A stretch of DNA of 64,000 nt from Cyclobacteriaceae bacterium (GCA_016786585.1 JAEUUI010000022.1:7826-71825); one strand, 5' to 3'. Numbered from the stretch's first letter, positions 20,547 to 30,952 are shown. Program-made: numbers and translations. Notes: generated by a model not told the origin, from the sequence alone.

Positions 20547-21227
20547 TTAAAGTTTTTCGTATTCAACGATAAATGTGTCAGGGAATTTTTTTCTGATTTC
20601 ATCACGAAACGTTTCTGCTTTTTCGCGATTGGAGAATTGACCGAGTATCAGACTGTAATATTTCACGCCATTCAGGATTTTTACTTGTACTACAACCTTC
20701 TTTTGATAAGAACTTTTCAGGTTTTCCGCAAGACGTACAAGATTCACCAGTTCCTGATAGGTTCCGATTTGCAAACCAAAGCCTTTTGGATTCTGACGAT
20801 CAACTTTAAATTCATAGAATTCTTTTTCATCGACTACTACGTGATCAATCGCCCGTGCCGGATCGCTAACCTTACCGGTTCCGGCATCGATCACTTCTAT
20901 TTTCACATCCGCCAGGCCGATGTTTACGAATTCCAGTTTCTCAGCTGCCGATTTTGAAAGATCTACCACACGTCCTTCCACGTATGGGCCGCGGTCGTTT
21001 ACTGTAACATCAACCGTTAAATTGTTTTTAAGGTTGGTGACACGAATAACTGTCCCGAACGGTAACGTTTTATGTGCGGCTGTGAGTTTGCTGTGTTTGT
21101 ACTTTTCTCCGCTGGCCGTTGGTCTGCCTTCAAACTTGTCGGCATAAAAAGATGCTTTGCCGGTTTGAGTTTGAGCGAAACAAAAAGTGGCAAAAAGTAA
21201 AAATGCAGTTGAAAAAATAAGTCTCAT
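20547..21227 (-). CDS. rlpA: RlpA-family lytic transglycosylase-like lipoprotein (DPBB domain) with C-terminal SPOR domain
   Basis: Signal peptide starts from the internal Met (MRLIFSTAFLLFATFCFA). DPBB motif GKASFYADKFEGRPTASGEKY...VTVNDRGPY. The C-terminal FGLQIGTYQ...ILGQFSNREKAETF is SPOR-like. Confidence 0.85.
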   Translation of the reverse strand: MRLIFSTAFLLFATFCFAQTQTGKASFYADKFEGRPTASGEKYKHSKLTAAHKTLPFGTVIRVTNLKNNLTVDVTVNDRGPYVEGRVVDLSKSAAEKLEFVNIGLADVKIEVIDAGTGKVSDPARAIDHVVVDEKEFYEFKVDRQNPKGFGLQIGTYQELVNLVRLAENLKSSYQKKVVVQVKILNGVKYYSLILGQFSNREKAETFRDEIRKKFPDTFIVEYEKL

Positions 21228-21301
21228 AGACGTTCGGTATTTGAATTCAAATTTAAAAGGACTTGTTGAATTTATAATTAGCGAATTCGCCACTCAACAC
21301 T

Positions 21302-21309
21302 TATCTTTG
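21302..21309 (+). promoter_or_regulatory. Candidate -7 box (TATCTTTG) upstream of guaB
   Basis: Exact TAnnTTTG match 30 nt upstream of the guaB ATG. It overlaps a short palindrome, TTTGCC-C-GGCAAA. Confidence 0.35.
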
Positions 21310-21338
21310 CCCGGCAAATAACAGATCGTTTATTTGCC

Positions 21339-22811
21339 ATGGCCTTAGACTCATCAAAATTCCTGTTTGAAGCGCTAACGTACGATGATGTTCTTCTCGT
21401 ACCCGCGTATTCCGAAGTTCTTCCCCGCGAAACCAGCACCGCCAGCCGCCTGACGTCAAAAATCACGCTTAACATCCCGATTGTATCAGCCGCAATGGAT
21501 ACGGTTACGGAAGCTGAGCTGGCCATCGCCATGGCCCTTGAAGGTGGGCTCGGATTTATTCACAAAAACATGCGAATCGATCAGCAGGCCGAGCAGGTAC
21601 GCAAGGTAAAGCGTTCGCAAAGCGGATTGATTCTCGATCCGGTAACATTGTCAGTTAATTCAACCGTGCAGGATGCTGAAAACATTATGCGTGAATTTAA
21701 AATCGGTGGTATCCCGGTAATTGACGGTAACGGAAAGCTACTGGGCATCATCACCAATCGTGACCTGCGTTTTCAAAAAGATATGAAAGTGGCGGTGGAG
21801 AGGATCATGACAAAAGAAAATCTGATCACTGCGCCTGAGAACATCACACTCGATAAAGCCGAAACAATTCTTCAGCAGTATAAAATTGAAAAGCTTCCGA
21901 TCGTCAATAAAAAAGGAAAGCTCACCGGCCTTGTTACGTTCAAGGACATCCAGAAAAAGAAAAACAAACCGAACGCCTGCCAGGACTCATACGGAAGATT
22001 GCGTGTCGGGGCGGCAGTTGGTGTAACACCTGATATTCTTGAGCGCATCGAAGCATTGAAAAATGCGGGTGTTGATGTTATCAGCATTGACACAGCGCAT
22101 GGTCATTCAAAAGGTGTGATGGATGCTGCGAAGCGCGTGAAAAAGAAATATCCTTCCCTTGAGATTATTGTCGGCAACATTGCAACAGGCGAAGCAGCAA
22201 AGGCATTGGCTAAAGTCGGTGCAGATGCGGTTAAAGTAGGTGTTGGCCCCGGATCAATCTGTACGACACGGGTTGTTGCCGGTGTTGGGTTACCGCAACT
22301 TTCAGCCGTGTATGAAGCATCAAAAGCACTGAAAGGTTCTGGTGTTCCGGTCATTGCCGATGGCGGAATCCGATTTTCGGGAGATATTGTGAAAGCGTTA
22401 GCCGCGGGTGCGGATAGTGTAATGATCGGATCGTTACTGGCCGGAACCGATGAAGCTCCGGGTGAGATGATCATCTATGAAGGAAGGAAGTTCAAGTCGT
22501 ATCGCGGTATGGGCTCGCTCGAAGCGATGGAAGTTGGATCGAAAGACCGCTACTTCCAGGATGTGGAAGACGACATCAAGAAACTCGTACCCGAAGGAAT
22601 TTCAGGACGGGTTCCGTTTAAAGGCCTGGTGTCGGAAGTGCTTTACCAGATGGTGGGCGGGTTGCGGGCAGGTATGGGCTACTGCGGAGCAAAGAATATC
22701 GAAGCGCTCAAGAAGGCCAAGTTTGTTAAGATCACGTCAGCCGGGGTAACGGAAAGCCATCCGCACGATGTAGCCATTACCCGCGAGGCCCCGAACTACA
22801 GCCGTAAGTAA
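21339..22811 (+). CDS. guaB: IMP dehydrogenase
   Basis: 490 aa. [15 protein letters not shown], an inserted CBS pair, catalytic loop [11 protein letters not shown], and [17 protein letters not shown]. Confidence 0.97.
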   Translation: MALDSSKFLFEALTYDDVLLVPAYSEVLPRETSTASRLTSKITLNIPIVSAAMDTVTEAELAIAMALEGGLGFIHKNMRIDQQAEQVRKVKRSQSGLILDPVTLSVNSTVQDAENIMREFKIGGIPVIDGNGKLLGIITNRDLRFQKDMKVAVERIMTKENLITAPENITLDKAETILQQYKIEKLPIVNKKGKLTGLVTFKDIQKKKNKPNACQDSYGRLRVGAAVGVTPDILERIEALKNAGVDVISIDTAHGHSKGVMDAAKRVKKKYPSLEIIVGNIATGEAAKALAKVGADAVKVGVGPGSICTTRVVAGVGLPQLSAVYEASKALKGSGVPVIADGGIRFSGDIVKALAAGADSVMIGSLLAGTDEAPGEMIIYEGRKFKSYRGMGSLEAMEVGSKDRYFQDVEDDIKKLVPEGISGRVPFKGLVSEVLYQMVGGLRAGMGYCGAKNIEALKKAKFVKITSAGVTESHPHDVAITREAPNYSRK

Positions 22812-22866
22812 ACGCGCTTTAATCAGGCTTTTAGGCCCATAAATCAGCGTAATTTCATATACTTGC

Positions 22867-22895
22867 AAGCCAATCCTGCCCGATTGGCTTTTTTC
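22867..22895 (+). terminator. Rho-independent terminator after guaB
   Basis: AAGCCAATC / GATTGGCTT forms a 9-bp stem with a 6-nt loop, followed by TTTTT. Confidence 0.6.
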
Positions 22896-22923
22896 ATGCC
22901 GGCAGGGTTGATGCTTCGAAATT

Positions 22924-24981
22924 ATGCGCGCAAAGGCTCTATCCAGAATGTTATTCGTGATCGGTGTGATCACCTGGGTGGCCTTGCTGTTTACTGACCT
23001 CTCGGTTGTGTTTAGCGCCAAGAATAACCTGCCGCAGGAAGTTCCAACCTGGCTGCCAGGCATTATTCTTAACCTCTACCTGATCACACTTTATTATTAC
23101 TATAAGTTTAAGATTGATCGCGATGAGCAACTGAACTTTGTTGATCTCCTCTGGCGGGTTTTCGCCACCGGGCTTATCGCTACGGTGCTTTCATTGCTGC
23201 TGCGCCTGGTGGAAGGCTTGTTGAAATCCACCGCGCTTACTGAAAATGTTGTATACGTTGAAGTCATTTACCTGATTAACCTCGGGTTGATGTCGGCATT
23301 CCTGCTGGCTTCTTTCGCTGCATGGAAACGATTGATTCTGTATCAGAAGTCGAAGTGGTTATTGCGCGGCTGGAGCGTGTTTGAGTATTCGTTGCTGCTC
23401 GGTTTGTTGTATACCTGCTTTGATCGCACACCCAACGAAACACTTTACCTTGTTCTTCTGGGCATTTTCGTTGTGATGGGCTTGGTTCTGTCGGCCAATA
23501 TGAAATGGGTTGCGTTCCTGAACTTCCGTCAGAAATGGACGTGTCTGTTACTCCTCTTACTAACGATCTTTTACTTCGGCTATCTGAGTTTCACCAGCAG
23601 CTCGCTGGCCGAAACGGTTAAGCTGGGATTCACCGATCATCGTGCACACCTGTTCATCCAGTCGGTGATGATCTTTGTGATTATTTACAGTGTCTTTTCG
23701 TTTCTCGTAATCCTGTTCAACCTGCCGACTACTTCCGTATTCGAACAGAAGCTGGAGGAGGTAGTAAACTTTCAACGCATCAGTCAGTCAATTCAAACTG
23801 AGCAAAGCGAAGAGAGTGTTTACAACATCTTGTTAGAAACATCGGTGAGTAGCGTGTTTGCCGATGCTGCGTGGCTTGAAACCAAAGACAATGCAACGCA
23901 TCGCGTCTTTACGTACCGGATCACCGAAAAAGAAGCGTACGATATTATAAACCATCTTAAAACGCAAAACGTTACGGGCATCCTTGATCAGGGGCAGGAT
24001 AAAACGAAAAACCTGTCCAAGCACCTTGGGGCATTAAAGGGGTCGCGTTTTCGTTCCATTCTTGCTTTCCCGATTTATGTTAAGGGCGAAAATATCGGTA
24101 CGCTTGCGCTGCTAAAAGAATTGCCCGATGGATTCAATAAAGAGATGACAAAAATCGTCTCTACGTTTGCGAACCAGGCGGGAATTTCCATTGAGAATTT
24201 CAGGTTGCTGGAGGAAGCACTTCAGGGCGAACGCTATAAAGAAGAGCTGAAAATTGCGAAGACGGTTCAAAAGAGTTTGTTGCCGCAGGTTCTTGAGCAG
24301 GATCCACAATTTGAAATCGCAGCTTTTTCAGAATCAGCCGATGAAGTCGGGGGCGATTATTATGATACGCTCCGGATCAATCAGCATGAAACATCACTGA
24401 TCATCGCTGACGTTTCGGGAAAGGGAACAACCGCGGCATTTCACATGTCGCAGATGAAGGGAATTTTTCACAGCCTGGCGCAGGACTGTATTGAGCCCGA
24501 TGAGTTTATGGCCCGTGCAAATAAGGCACTGGTATATTGCTTGGAACGCGGCTCATTTATATCGGCTATTTTCTTTCTAATCAATACAGAGAATAAAACC
24601 GTGCGCTATGCGCGTGCCGGTCACTGCCCGGTACTCTATTACTCAGCAGCGAAAGGCAAGGCTGAGTATTTCAAAGATAAAGGTGTGGCCTTGGGAATGG
24701 TGCGAAACAACAGTTACAAGAATTTTATTGAAGCCAAAGAATTCGCGTATGAACCGGGCGACATTATGGTTTTGTATACCGATGGAATTACCGAAGCAAA
24801 AAGTGCGAAAGGTGAAGAGTTTGGATACGAGCGCCTGGCCGAGATTCTGATGGGCGTGAAAGATCAGTCGCCCCGTGCAATCCAGGAGCAGCTGATTCAG
24901 AAACTGTATGAATTTTCAGGAACGGATAATATCAATGACGATTACACTACGATGATCGTCAAGTTTAATGACCGAACATAA
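22924..24981 (+). CDS. Membrane-bound GAF-domain PP2C (SpoIIE/RsbU-type) serine phosphatase
   Basis: 685 aa. About 8 N-terminal TM helices, a central GAF-like region, and a C-terminal PP2C region (GGDYYD, IADVSGKG, LYTDGITEA, DDYTTMIV). Confidence 0.9.
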   Translation: MRAKALSRMLFVIGVITWVALLFTDLSVVFSAKNNLPQEVPTWLPGIILNLYLITLYYYYKFKIDRDEQLNFVDLLWRVFATGLIATVLSLLLRLVEGLLKSTALTENVVYVEVIYLINLGLMSAFLLASFAAWKRLILYQKSKWLLRGWSVFEYSLLLGLLYTCFDRTPNETLYLVLLGIFVVMGLVLSANMKWVAFLNFRQKWTCLLLLLLTIFYFGYLSFTSSSLAETVKLGFTDHRAHLFIQSVMIFVIIYSVFSFLVILFNLPTTSVFEQKLEEVVNFQRISQSIQTEQSEESVYNILLETSVSSVFADAAWLETKDNATHRVFTYRITEKEAYDIINHLKTQNVTGILDQGQDKTKNLSKHLGALKGSRFRSILAFPIYVKGENIGTLALLKELPDGFNKEMTKIVSTFANQAGISIENFRLLEEALQGERYKEELKIAKTVQKSLLPQVLEQDPQFEIAAFSESADEVGGDYYDTLRINQHETSLIIADVSGKGTTAAFHMSQMKGIFHSLAQDCIEPDEFMARANKALVYCLERGSFISAIFFLINTENKTVRYARAGHCPVLYYSAAKGKAEYFKDKGVALGMVRNNSYKNFIEAKEFAYEPGDIMVLYTDGITEAKSAKGEEFGYERLAEILMGVKDQSPRAIQEQLIQKLYEFSGTDNINDDYTTMIVKFNDRT

Positions 24982-25005
24982 ACCAATTTAAACCGTTAAT
25001 AATAC

Positions 25006-25350
25006 ATGGTCCATATAAAACGACTGCAGGAAGACGGAATCGACATAATTGCGCCCGTGGGCGAGATTGATGCAAGCTCTTCCATTGAACTGGACTTGAC
25101 CATCGCGAAAAGCGTGGGCGAAGGGTTTGCCAAAATTTTGGTTGACTGCGGGGCGCTGGAGTACATCTCTTCGGCCGGTTTAGGGGTTTTCATGTCGTAT
25201 ATCGATGAGTTCAAAGACAAGAATGTGAAAATGGTGCTGTTCGGGATGAGCGAAAAGGTGGCCAACACATTCGAAATTTTAGGATTGTATGATCTGCTGA
25301 CCATTGCACCGGACAAAGCAGAAGCTAAGAAAAAAGTAAATGAAGTATAA
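25006..25350 (+). CDS. STAS-domain anti-sigma-factor antagonist (RsbV/SpoIIAA-like)
   Basis: 114 aa. The phosphorylatable-serine context YISSAGLGV is typical of STAS antagonists. Confidence 0.85.
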   Translation: MVHIKRLQEDGIDIIAPVGEIDASSSIELDLTIAKSVGEGFAKILVDCGALEYISSAGLGVFMSYIDEFKDKNVKMVLFGMSEKVANTFEILGLYDLLTIAPDKAEAKKKVNEV

Positions 25351-25759
25351 ATATAAAGTTGGATGCAGCCTTGAGAACCTTCAGGGAATCCGGGATTTTA
25401 TCCGGACTTCATTGAAGAATCATGGCATATCTGAGCTCGAAATCAGTGAAATGGTTTTGGCGCTGGATGAAATGTGCTCCAACCTGATGATTCATGCCCA
25501 CGATTGCAATCCGAACGAGTTGTTTGAACTTGAAATTGTCATTGACCAGAACAAGCCCGTGGTATTTGAAATCATCGATGACGGAAGTGTATTCGATATC
25601 AATCAGTTTAGCGAACCCAGCATGGACAACCTCATCCATGAAAAACGCAAAGGTGGCCTGGGAATCCGGCTGGTAAAATCAATAATGGACTCGGTAGAAT
25701 ACGGCAAATCAGGAAATAAAAACATCTGCCGGCTCGTTAAGAGAGTTCAGGTAAATTAA
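25340..25759 (+). CDS. Anti-sigma regulatory serine kinase (RsbW/SpoIIAB-like HATPase)
   Basis: 139 aa. N-box-like LDEMCSNLMIHA and G-box GGLGIRLV. Overlaps the STAS gene by 11 nt. Confidence 0.8.
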   Translation: MKYKYKVGCSLENLQGIRDFIRTSLKNHGISELEISEMVLALDEMCSNLMIHAHDCNPNELFELEIVIDQNKPVVFEIIDDGSVFDINQFSEPSMDNLIHEKRKGGLGIRLVKSIMDSVEYGKSGNKNICRLVKRVQVN

Positions 25760-25769
25760 TCCTTAATCA

Positions 25770-27710
25770 ATGACACGATTTTTATTGGCTGCAGCATTTT
25801 TTATGGTGTGCGCTGCAGGCTTGGCTCAGAAGAAAGCAAAACCCGCTGTTCTTTTTTCGGTTGGAAAAGAAAAAGTTTCTGCTGACGAATTCATCTATCT
25901 CTACAAAAAGAATCATCCGGCTAAAGAAGATCTCACGGATCAAAAGATAGAAGAATATCTTGATCTGTACATCAAGTTCAAATTAAAGGTGACAGAGGCT
26001 CGCGCACGCGGAATTGATAAGACACCCGAGTTCACGAAAGAGTATGCTTCTTATAAAGATGAGTTGAGAAAACCATTTCTTCCGGAAAGCAAGATTGTTG
26101 ACAGTCTTGTTACACTTACCTACAACAGGCTTCAGAAAGAAGTCAGTGCTGCCCACATCCTGATTGAAGTTAAACAGGATGCGACACCGCAGGATACGTT
26201 ACAAGCCTATAACACAGCTGTGTCATTAAAGAACCAGATTCTTGCCGGTGAAGATTTTGGTGCGAAAGCAGCTCTGTATTCTGATGACACATACACAAAA
26301 ACCCGCGGAGGCGACCTGGGATACTTTACAACACTTCAGATGGTTTCGCCTTTTGAAGAAGCCGTGTATGGTGGTAAGACCGGAGACATCGTTGGTCCTA
26401 TTCGCACAAGTTTCGGATATCATATTATTAAAGTGGGTGAAAGCCGCCCAGCCCGCGGTGAAGTTGAAGTTTCGCACATTATGCTTCGTGCCGGGAATCG
26501 TGATGAAGCAAAGGCAAAAGCTTTGATCAACGAAATTCACACACGGCTTTTTAAAGGTGAGTCGTGGGATGATCTTGTAAAGAAATATTCCGAAGATCCG
26601 GGCTCAAAAGATCTTGGCGGCAAACTGCGGCCGTTTGGGGTTGGTGCATTGGCGAAAATCCCGGAGTTCGATGCCGTTGCTTTTTCCTTGCATACGGTGG
26701 GTGAAGTGTCAGACCCGTTTCAGACAGCGTTTGGCTGGCACATCGTAAGACTGGAAAGAAAGATACCGATGCCGACATTTGACGAATCTGCGCCTGCACT
26801 GAAAAACAGATTGGCCAGAGATCCACGTGTGCAGCTTTCGAAACAGGCCTTAACTCAAAAATTAAAGAAGGAATATTCATTCACCGAAAATGCGACTACG
26901 AAAGCAAAAGTGCTGGCGCTTGCAGATTCAACGCTCACCAAAGGGAAATGGAAAATCCCGGGATCGTTTGCCGCTGGTAAAGAAACATTGATCATAATTC
27001 AGGGCAAGAAAATTACCGCACATGATTTTCTTGTATACGTTCAGCAAAATCAGCGGGCAAATTCAATGGCACCCGACAAGTACATGGAGTTGCTGTATTT
27101 CACCTATTCGGAAACGATGTTAAGCGAGGCCTTTGAACAAAAGCTGATTGCTACAAATCCGGAGTTTGAAATGCTGTTGAAGGAATATTACGAAGGCATT
27201 CTGCTGTTCGACATCATGGAAAAAGAAGTCTGGAAAAAAGCCAGCGATGATTCTGTAGGGCAGCGCAAGTTCTTCGACAGTCATCCGGAATTATATAAAG
27301 CAGGCGAACGTGTGCATGCCACGATTTACTATTCCGATTCAAAAGAAATTATTGATCAGCTTAGCAAGCAAATACAGGTAAACGACTCAACTGCTGTGCA
27401 GGAAATTTTGAAAAACAAGAACGTGTATTCTGAAACCGGTACATTTCAGCGTGAAGACCGGCCAGCGTTACGCAACATCAACTGGAAGCCCGGACAATAT
27501 CAATCTCAAAACGCGAATACATATCAATTGGTTATTGTTACCAACATGGTGGCGCCCGGATCGCTATCGTTTGAAGATGCGCGCGCATCTGTGATCTCCG
27601 AATACCAAAATGAGCTTGAGAAGAACTGGCTTGATGCTTTGAAGAAGAAATATCCGGTTAAAGTAAATGACAAAACGAAAAAGTATGTCGTTGAAAAAAT
27701 TAAGTCTTAG
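25770..27710 (+). CDS. Periplasmic parvulin-type peptidyl-prolyl isomerase (PpiD/SurA-like)
   Basis: 646 aa with a signal peptide. Two PpiC-type domains (SAAHILI...GGDLGYF...FGYHIIKV and VSHIML...GGKLRPF...FGWHIVRL). Confidence 0.85.
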   Translation: MTRFLLAAAFFMVCAAGLAQKKAKPAVLFSVGKEKVSADEFIYLYKKNHPAKEDLTDQKIEEYLDLYIKFKLKVTEARARGIDKTPEFTKEYASYKDELRKPFLPESKIVDSLVTLTYNRLQKEVSAAHILIEVKQDATPQDTLQAYNTAVSLKNQILAGEDFGAKAALYSDDTYTKTRGGDLGYFTTLQMVSPFEEAVYGGKTGDIVGPIRTSFGYHIIKVGESRPARGEVEVSHIMLRAGNRDEAKAKALINEIHTRLFKGESWDDLVKKYSEDPGSKDLGGKLRPFGVGALAKIPEFDAVAFSLHTVGEVSDPFQTAFGWHIVRLERKIPMPTFDESAPALKNRLARDPRVQLSKQALTQKLKKEYSFTENATTKAKVLALADSTLTKGKWKIPGSFAAGKETLIIIQGKKITAHDFLVYVQQNQRANSMAPDKYMELLYFTYSETMLSEAFEQKLIATNPEFEMLLKEYYEGILLFDIMEKEVWKKASDDSVGQRKFFDSHPELYKAGERVHATIYYSDSKEIIDQLSKQIQVNDSTAVQEILKNKNVYSETGTFQREDRPALRNINWKPGQYQSQNANTYQLVIVTNMVAPGSLSFEDARASVISEYQNELEKNWLDALKKKYPVKVNDKTKKYVVEKIKS

Positions 27711-28560
27711 TGTACTCGCGGTCACCTGCATGTTTGGGTGCGAGTTCATCAAACGGAAAAATGACCAAACCGATTCCGATAATCGTGTGGCGATCGCGCG
27801 GGTAAATACAACCTACTTGTACAAAGATGAGCTTGATGATATTTTAACTCCGGCTACGAGCAAACAAGACAGCGCTGAACGGGCGGAAACGTACATCAAC
27901 AGCTGGGTACGCAAGCAGTTGTTGATCCAGGAAGCGGGCAAGAAGATCAATATCAACGAAGCTGAAGTTGAGCGCAAGATCCTTGATTATCGATTTAGTC
28001 TGATTGCGTATGAATATCAATCGTACTACATCAAGCAACACCTGGATACGGCTGTTTCTGCCGCTGAAATCGAAAACTATTATACGGGCAACATCGATAA
28101 TTTTGTGCTGAAGCAGAACATTGTGCAGGCGGTGTTCATCAAACTGCCAAAAACGGCACCCCGTACAAACCGCGTTAAAGAGTTACTGTTCTCCAGCCGT
28201 GAAAAGGATCAGAGCGAACTTAAGTCGTATTGCCTGAGTTTTTCAACCGCCTACCACCTCAGCGACTCTGCCTGGATGGTTTTTGACGAACTGGTTAAGA
28301 ATTCGCCCCTCGCAGAAATTCCAAATAAAATTCAGTTTTTAAAGGCGAATCGGTATTATGAAACATCTGATGATGGTTATCTTTACTTTTTAAAGGTGGC
28401 CAAATACCGTATTTCTGACAATATTTCGCCACTTGAGTTCGTAAAAGACGACATCCGCAACATCATATTGAATAAACGCAAGGTTGAGCTTGCCAAAAAG
28501 CTGGAAGATGAAGTTTATAACAATGCCGTACGTGAAAAGGAATTTGAAATATTTGAATAG
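27685..28560 (+). CDS. Lipoprotein with SurA N-domain-like chaperone region (no intact parvulin motif seen)
   Basis: Start taken at MSLKKLSLSVLAVTCMFGC, a lipobox-like signal. Sits between two PPIase genes. Family assignment is weak. Confidence 0.55.
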   Translation: MSLKKLSLSVLAVTCMFGCEFIKRKNDQTDSDNRVAIARVNTTYLYKDELDDILTPATSKQDSAERAETYINSWVRKQLLIQEAGKKININEAEVERKILDYRFSLIAYEYQSYYIKQHLDTAVSAAEIENYYTGNIDNFVLKQNIVQAVFIKLPKTAPRTNRVKELLFSSREKDQSELKSYCLSFSTAYHLSDSAWMVFDELVKNSPLAEIPNKIQFLKANRYYETSDDGYLYFLKVAKYRISDNISPLEFVKDDIRNIILNKRKVELAKKLEDEVYNNAVREKEFEIFE

Positions 28561-29911
28561 TGTGATTTTCCGGGCCGCTGCCTGTGTACTGTTCATTGGA
28601 CTGGGTCTTGCAGCACAGGCACAGGACTCGGGTGAAGAATCACAGGGGTTTGTGGTCGACAAGATTGTAGCCAAGGTTGACAATTACATCGTACTTAAAT
28701 CGGAAGTAGATAAAGCGTACCTGGACTATGTTACTAACCAGGGAGGCCGCGGAAACGCAGATCAAATTAAATGTCAGTTCCTCGCGATTCTTATCCGTAA
28801 CAAACTCATGCTCGCAAAAGCCGAGATTGACTCCGTAGTGGTTTCGGATGATGAGGTTGACGCCAACACGGAACGAAGAATCGGAATTATTGCTTCTCAA
28901 TACGGTGATGTGAAAGAACTTGAAAAGCAGTTCGGAAAAACCATGGAGCAAATTAAAGGCGATGTGCGGGATATGGTGCGCGAGCAGATGATTGTGAGTG
29001 AAATGGAACGAACAATCACTAAAGATCTTACGGTTACTCCGGCTGAGATTAAACGATTCTACAACAAGATTCCGAAAGACAGTTTGCCGTTTCTGGATGC
29101 GGAAGCCGAGGTAGCCCAGATTGTTCGGGTAGCAAAAGTAAGTCAGCAACAAAAAGAACAGACTAAAGGAGAGTTGATGGCGATTCGCGATGAGTTGTTG
29201 CGCGGTGCCGATTTCGCTACGCTGGCAAAAAAATATTCATCTGATCCGTCTGTGGCTACGAATGGTGGCGATATGGGTTGGTCTGGTCGCGGCCGAATGG
29301 TTCCGCAGTTTGAAGCAATGGCTTTTAAACTGAAGCCTGGCGAAATCTCGATGCCATTTGAAACTGATTTTGGAATTCACATCATGCAATTGGTAGAGCG
29401 CAGGGGTAACGAATACCACTCGAGACATATTCTGATGTCGCCATCACCTTCACCGGAGGATTTAAAAGTTGCTGAGAAGTACCTCGACAGTTTACGTACG
29501 GTGATAAACAGCGGAAAGATTACATTTCAGGCAGCAGCAAAAGAGTATTCCGATGACATGACAACAAAAGGCAATGGTGGCTTCTTTGCCGATGAAGAGG
29601 GCGGTACGCGTATTCCGTATAAAGACCTGGACCCAGTTGTATACTTCGCCATCGACTCCATGAAAACGGGCACCGTGTCAAAGCCCCTGGTTTATCGTAC
29701 CGAAGATCAAAAAGAAGCGGTCCGGATTATCTTTTACAAATCTAAAACCGCTGCACATGAACTGTCGTTGAAAGACGACTGGAACAAACTGCAAAGTGCT
29801 ACGCTGAACGAGAAGAAAAACGGAGTTTTGAATCGATGGTTTAACAAGGTTCGGCAGGATGTTTTTATCAGCATTGACCCGTCCTTTAATTTTTGCGGTA
29901 TTTTAGATTAG
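28523..29911 (+). CDS. SurA-like periplasmic chaperone / parvulin PPIase
   Basis: Signal-like AACVLFIGLGLAAQAQ. SurA N-domain, then a parvulin domain (GGDMGW...FGIHIMQLVERR) and a second degenerate one (GGFFADEEG). Start uncertain (28484, 28508 or 28523). Confidence 0.85.
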   Translation: MPYVKRNLKYLNSVIFRAAACVLFIGLGLAAQAQDSGEESQGFVVDKIVAKVDNYIVLKSEVDKAYLDYVTNQGGRGNADQIKCQFLAILIRNKLMLAKAEIDSVVVSDDEVDANTERRIGIIASQYGDVKELEKQFGKTMEQIKGDVRDMVREQMIVSEMERTITKDLTVTPAEIKRFYNKIPKDSLPFLDAEAEVAQIVRVAKVSQQQKEQTKGELMAIRDELLRGADFATLAKKYSSDPSVATNGGDMGWSGRGRMVPQFEAMAFKLKPGEISMPFETDFGIHIMQLVERRGNEYHSRHILMSPSPSPEDLKVAEKYLDSLRTVINSGKITFQAAAKEYSDDMTTKGNGGFFADEEGGTRIPYKDLDPVVYFAIDSMKTGTVSKPLVYRTEDQKEAVRIIFYKSKTAAHELSLKDDWNKLQSATLNEKKNGVLNRWFNKVRQDVFISIDPSFNFCGILD

Positions 29912-29986
29912 CAACGGCTGCCGCACGTGTAAAAGCTTCTTGCCGGAACCGTGCGTACGCTATTTTCGTAAAAACAAGTTCTTGCC

Positions 29987-30952
29987 ATGAGCAAATATTC
30001 ATCTGATGTAGAGGCGGCCGATGCACTGGCGGGCACCTATAAAAATCTCGCAAAGGAAATTTCGAAAGTGATCGTTGGCCAGGATGAAGTTGTGAGGCTT
30101 GTTCTTACAGCAATCTTTTGCCAGGGACATTCGCTGCTGATCGGGGTACCGGGGCTTGCAAAAACATTGCTTGTTCAAACCATTTCGCGTGCGCTTGATC
30201 TTCAGTTTAAACGAATCCAATTCACACCCGATCTGATGCCTTCCGATATTCTCGGTGCCGAGACGATGGATAAGGAACGAAACTTCAAGTTCATTAAAGG
30301 CCCGGTGTTTGCAAACATCGTACTGGCCGATGAAATTAACCGGACACCTCCTAAGACGCAGGCTGCCTTGCTCGAATCGATGCAGGAATATGCCGTAACG
30401 ATTGCCGGTCAGCGGTACGAGTTGCCAAAACCATTTTTTGTACTGGCTACACAGAACCCGATTGAGCAGGAAGGAACCTATCCGTTGCCGGAAGCGCAGC
30501 TCGACCGGTTTATGTTCAACATCCTGCTTACGTACCCGTCTTTCGCAGAAGAAGTAAGTGTGGTTAAAAACACTACGAACGATGAAGCGAAATCGCTGAG
30601 CACAATCCTGACATCCGAAGATATTATTGCTTATCAACACCTGGTGCGTAAAGTTCCGGTTCCGGATAATGTTATTGAGTATGCCGTTACGCTGGCGGGC
30701 AAAACCCGTCCGCAAACGATCGGTGCATCACAGGTTGCGAACGATTATCTGGAATGGGGTGCAGGGCCGCGTGCTTCACAGTTCCTGGTGCTCGGTGCCA
30801 AGTGCAACGCGTTATTGAACGGCAAGTACTCACCTGATATCGAAGATGTTCAGGCTATTGCCAAGCCGGTATTGCGTCATCGCATTGTCCGCAACTTCAA
30901 AGCGGAAGCAGAAGGAATTAGTGTAGACGAGGTGATCAGCCGATTGGTCTAG
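29987..30952 (+). CDS. MoxR-family AAA+ ATPase
   Basis: 321 aa. Walker A GVPGLAKT, Walker B LADEINR, and the MoxR signature ATQNPIEQEGTYPLPEAQLDRF. Confidence 0.95.
   Translation: MSKYSSDVEAADALAGTYKNLAKEISKVIVGQDEVVRLVLTAIFCQGHSLLIGVPGLAKTLLVQTISRALDLQFKRIQFTPDLMPSDILGAETMDKERNFKFIKGPVFANIVLADEINRTPPKTQAALLESMQEYAVTIAGQRYELPKPFFVLATQNPIEQEGTYPLPEAQLDRFMFNILLTYPSFAEEVSVVKNTTNDEAKSLSTILTSEDIIAYQHLVRKVPVPDNVIEYAVTLAGKTRPQTIGASQVANDYLEWGAGPRASQFLVLGAKCNALLNGKYSPDIEDVQAIAKPVLRHRIVRNFKAEAEGISVDEVISRLV

Noticed and set aside
28640-29152. 170-aa ORF antisense to the SurA-like gene, and many similar 60-150-aa track ORFs (e.g. 333-545, 1868-2197, 2933-3388, 12411-12779, 49980-50417, 55837-56250, 61391-61756)
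   Set aside because: All are nested in, or antisense to, longer ORFs with clear family motifs. None has a signal, motif or plausible start context of its own.
29999-30715. 238-aa ORF antisense to moxR
   Set aside because: It lies entirely within a gene that has unmistakable MoxR motifs on the other strand. The product is R/C/F-rich with no motif, which is typical of a shadow ORF.
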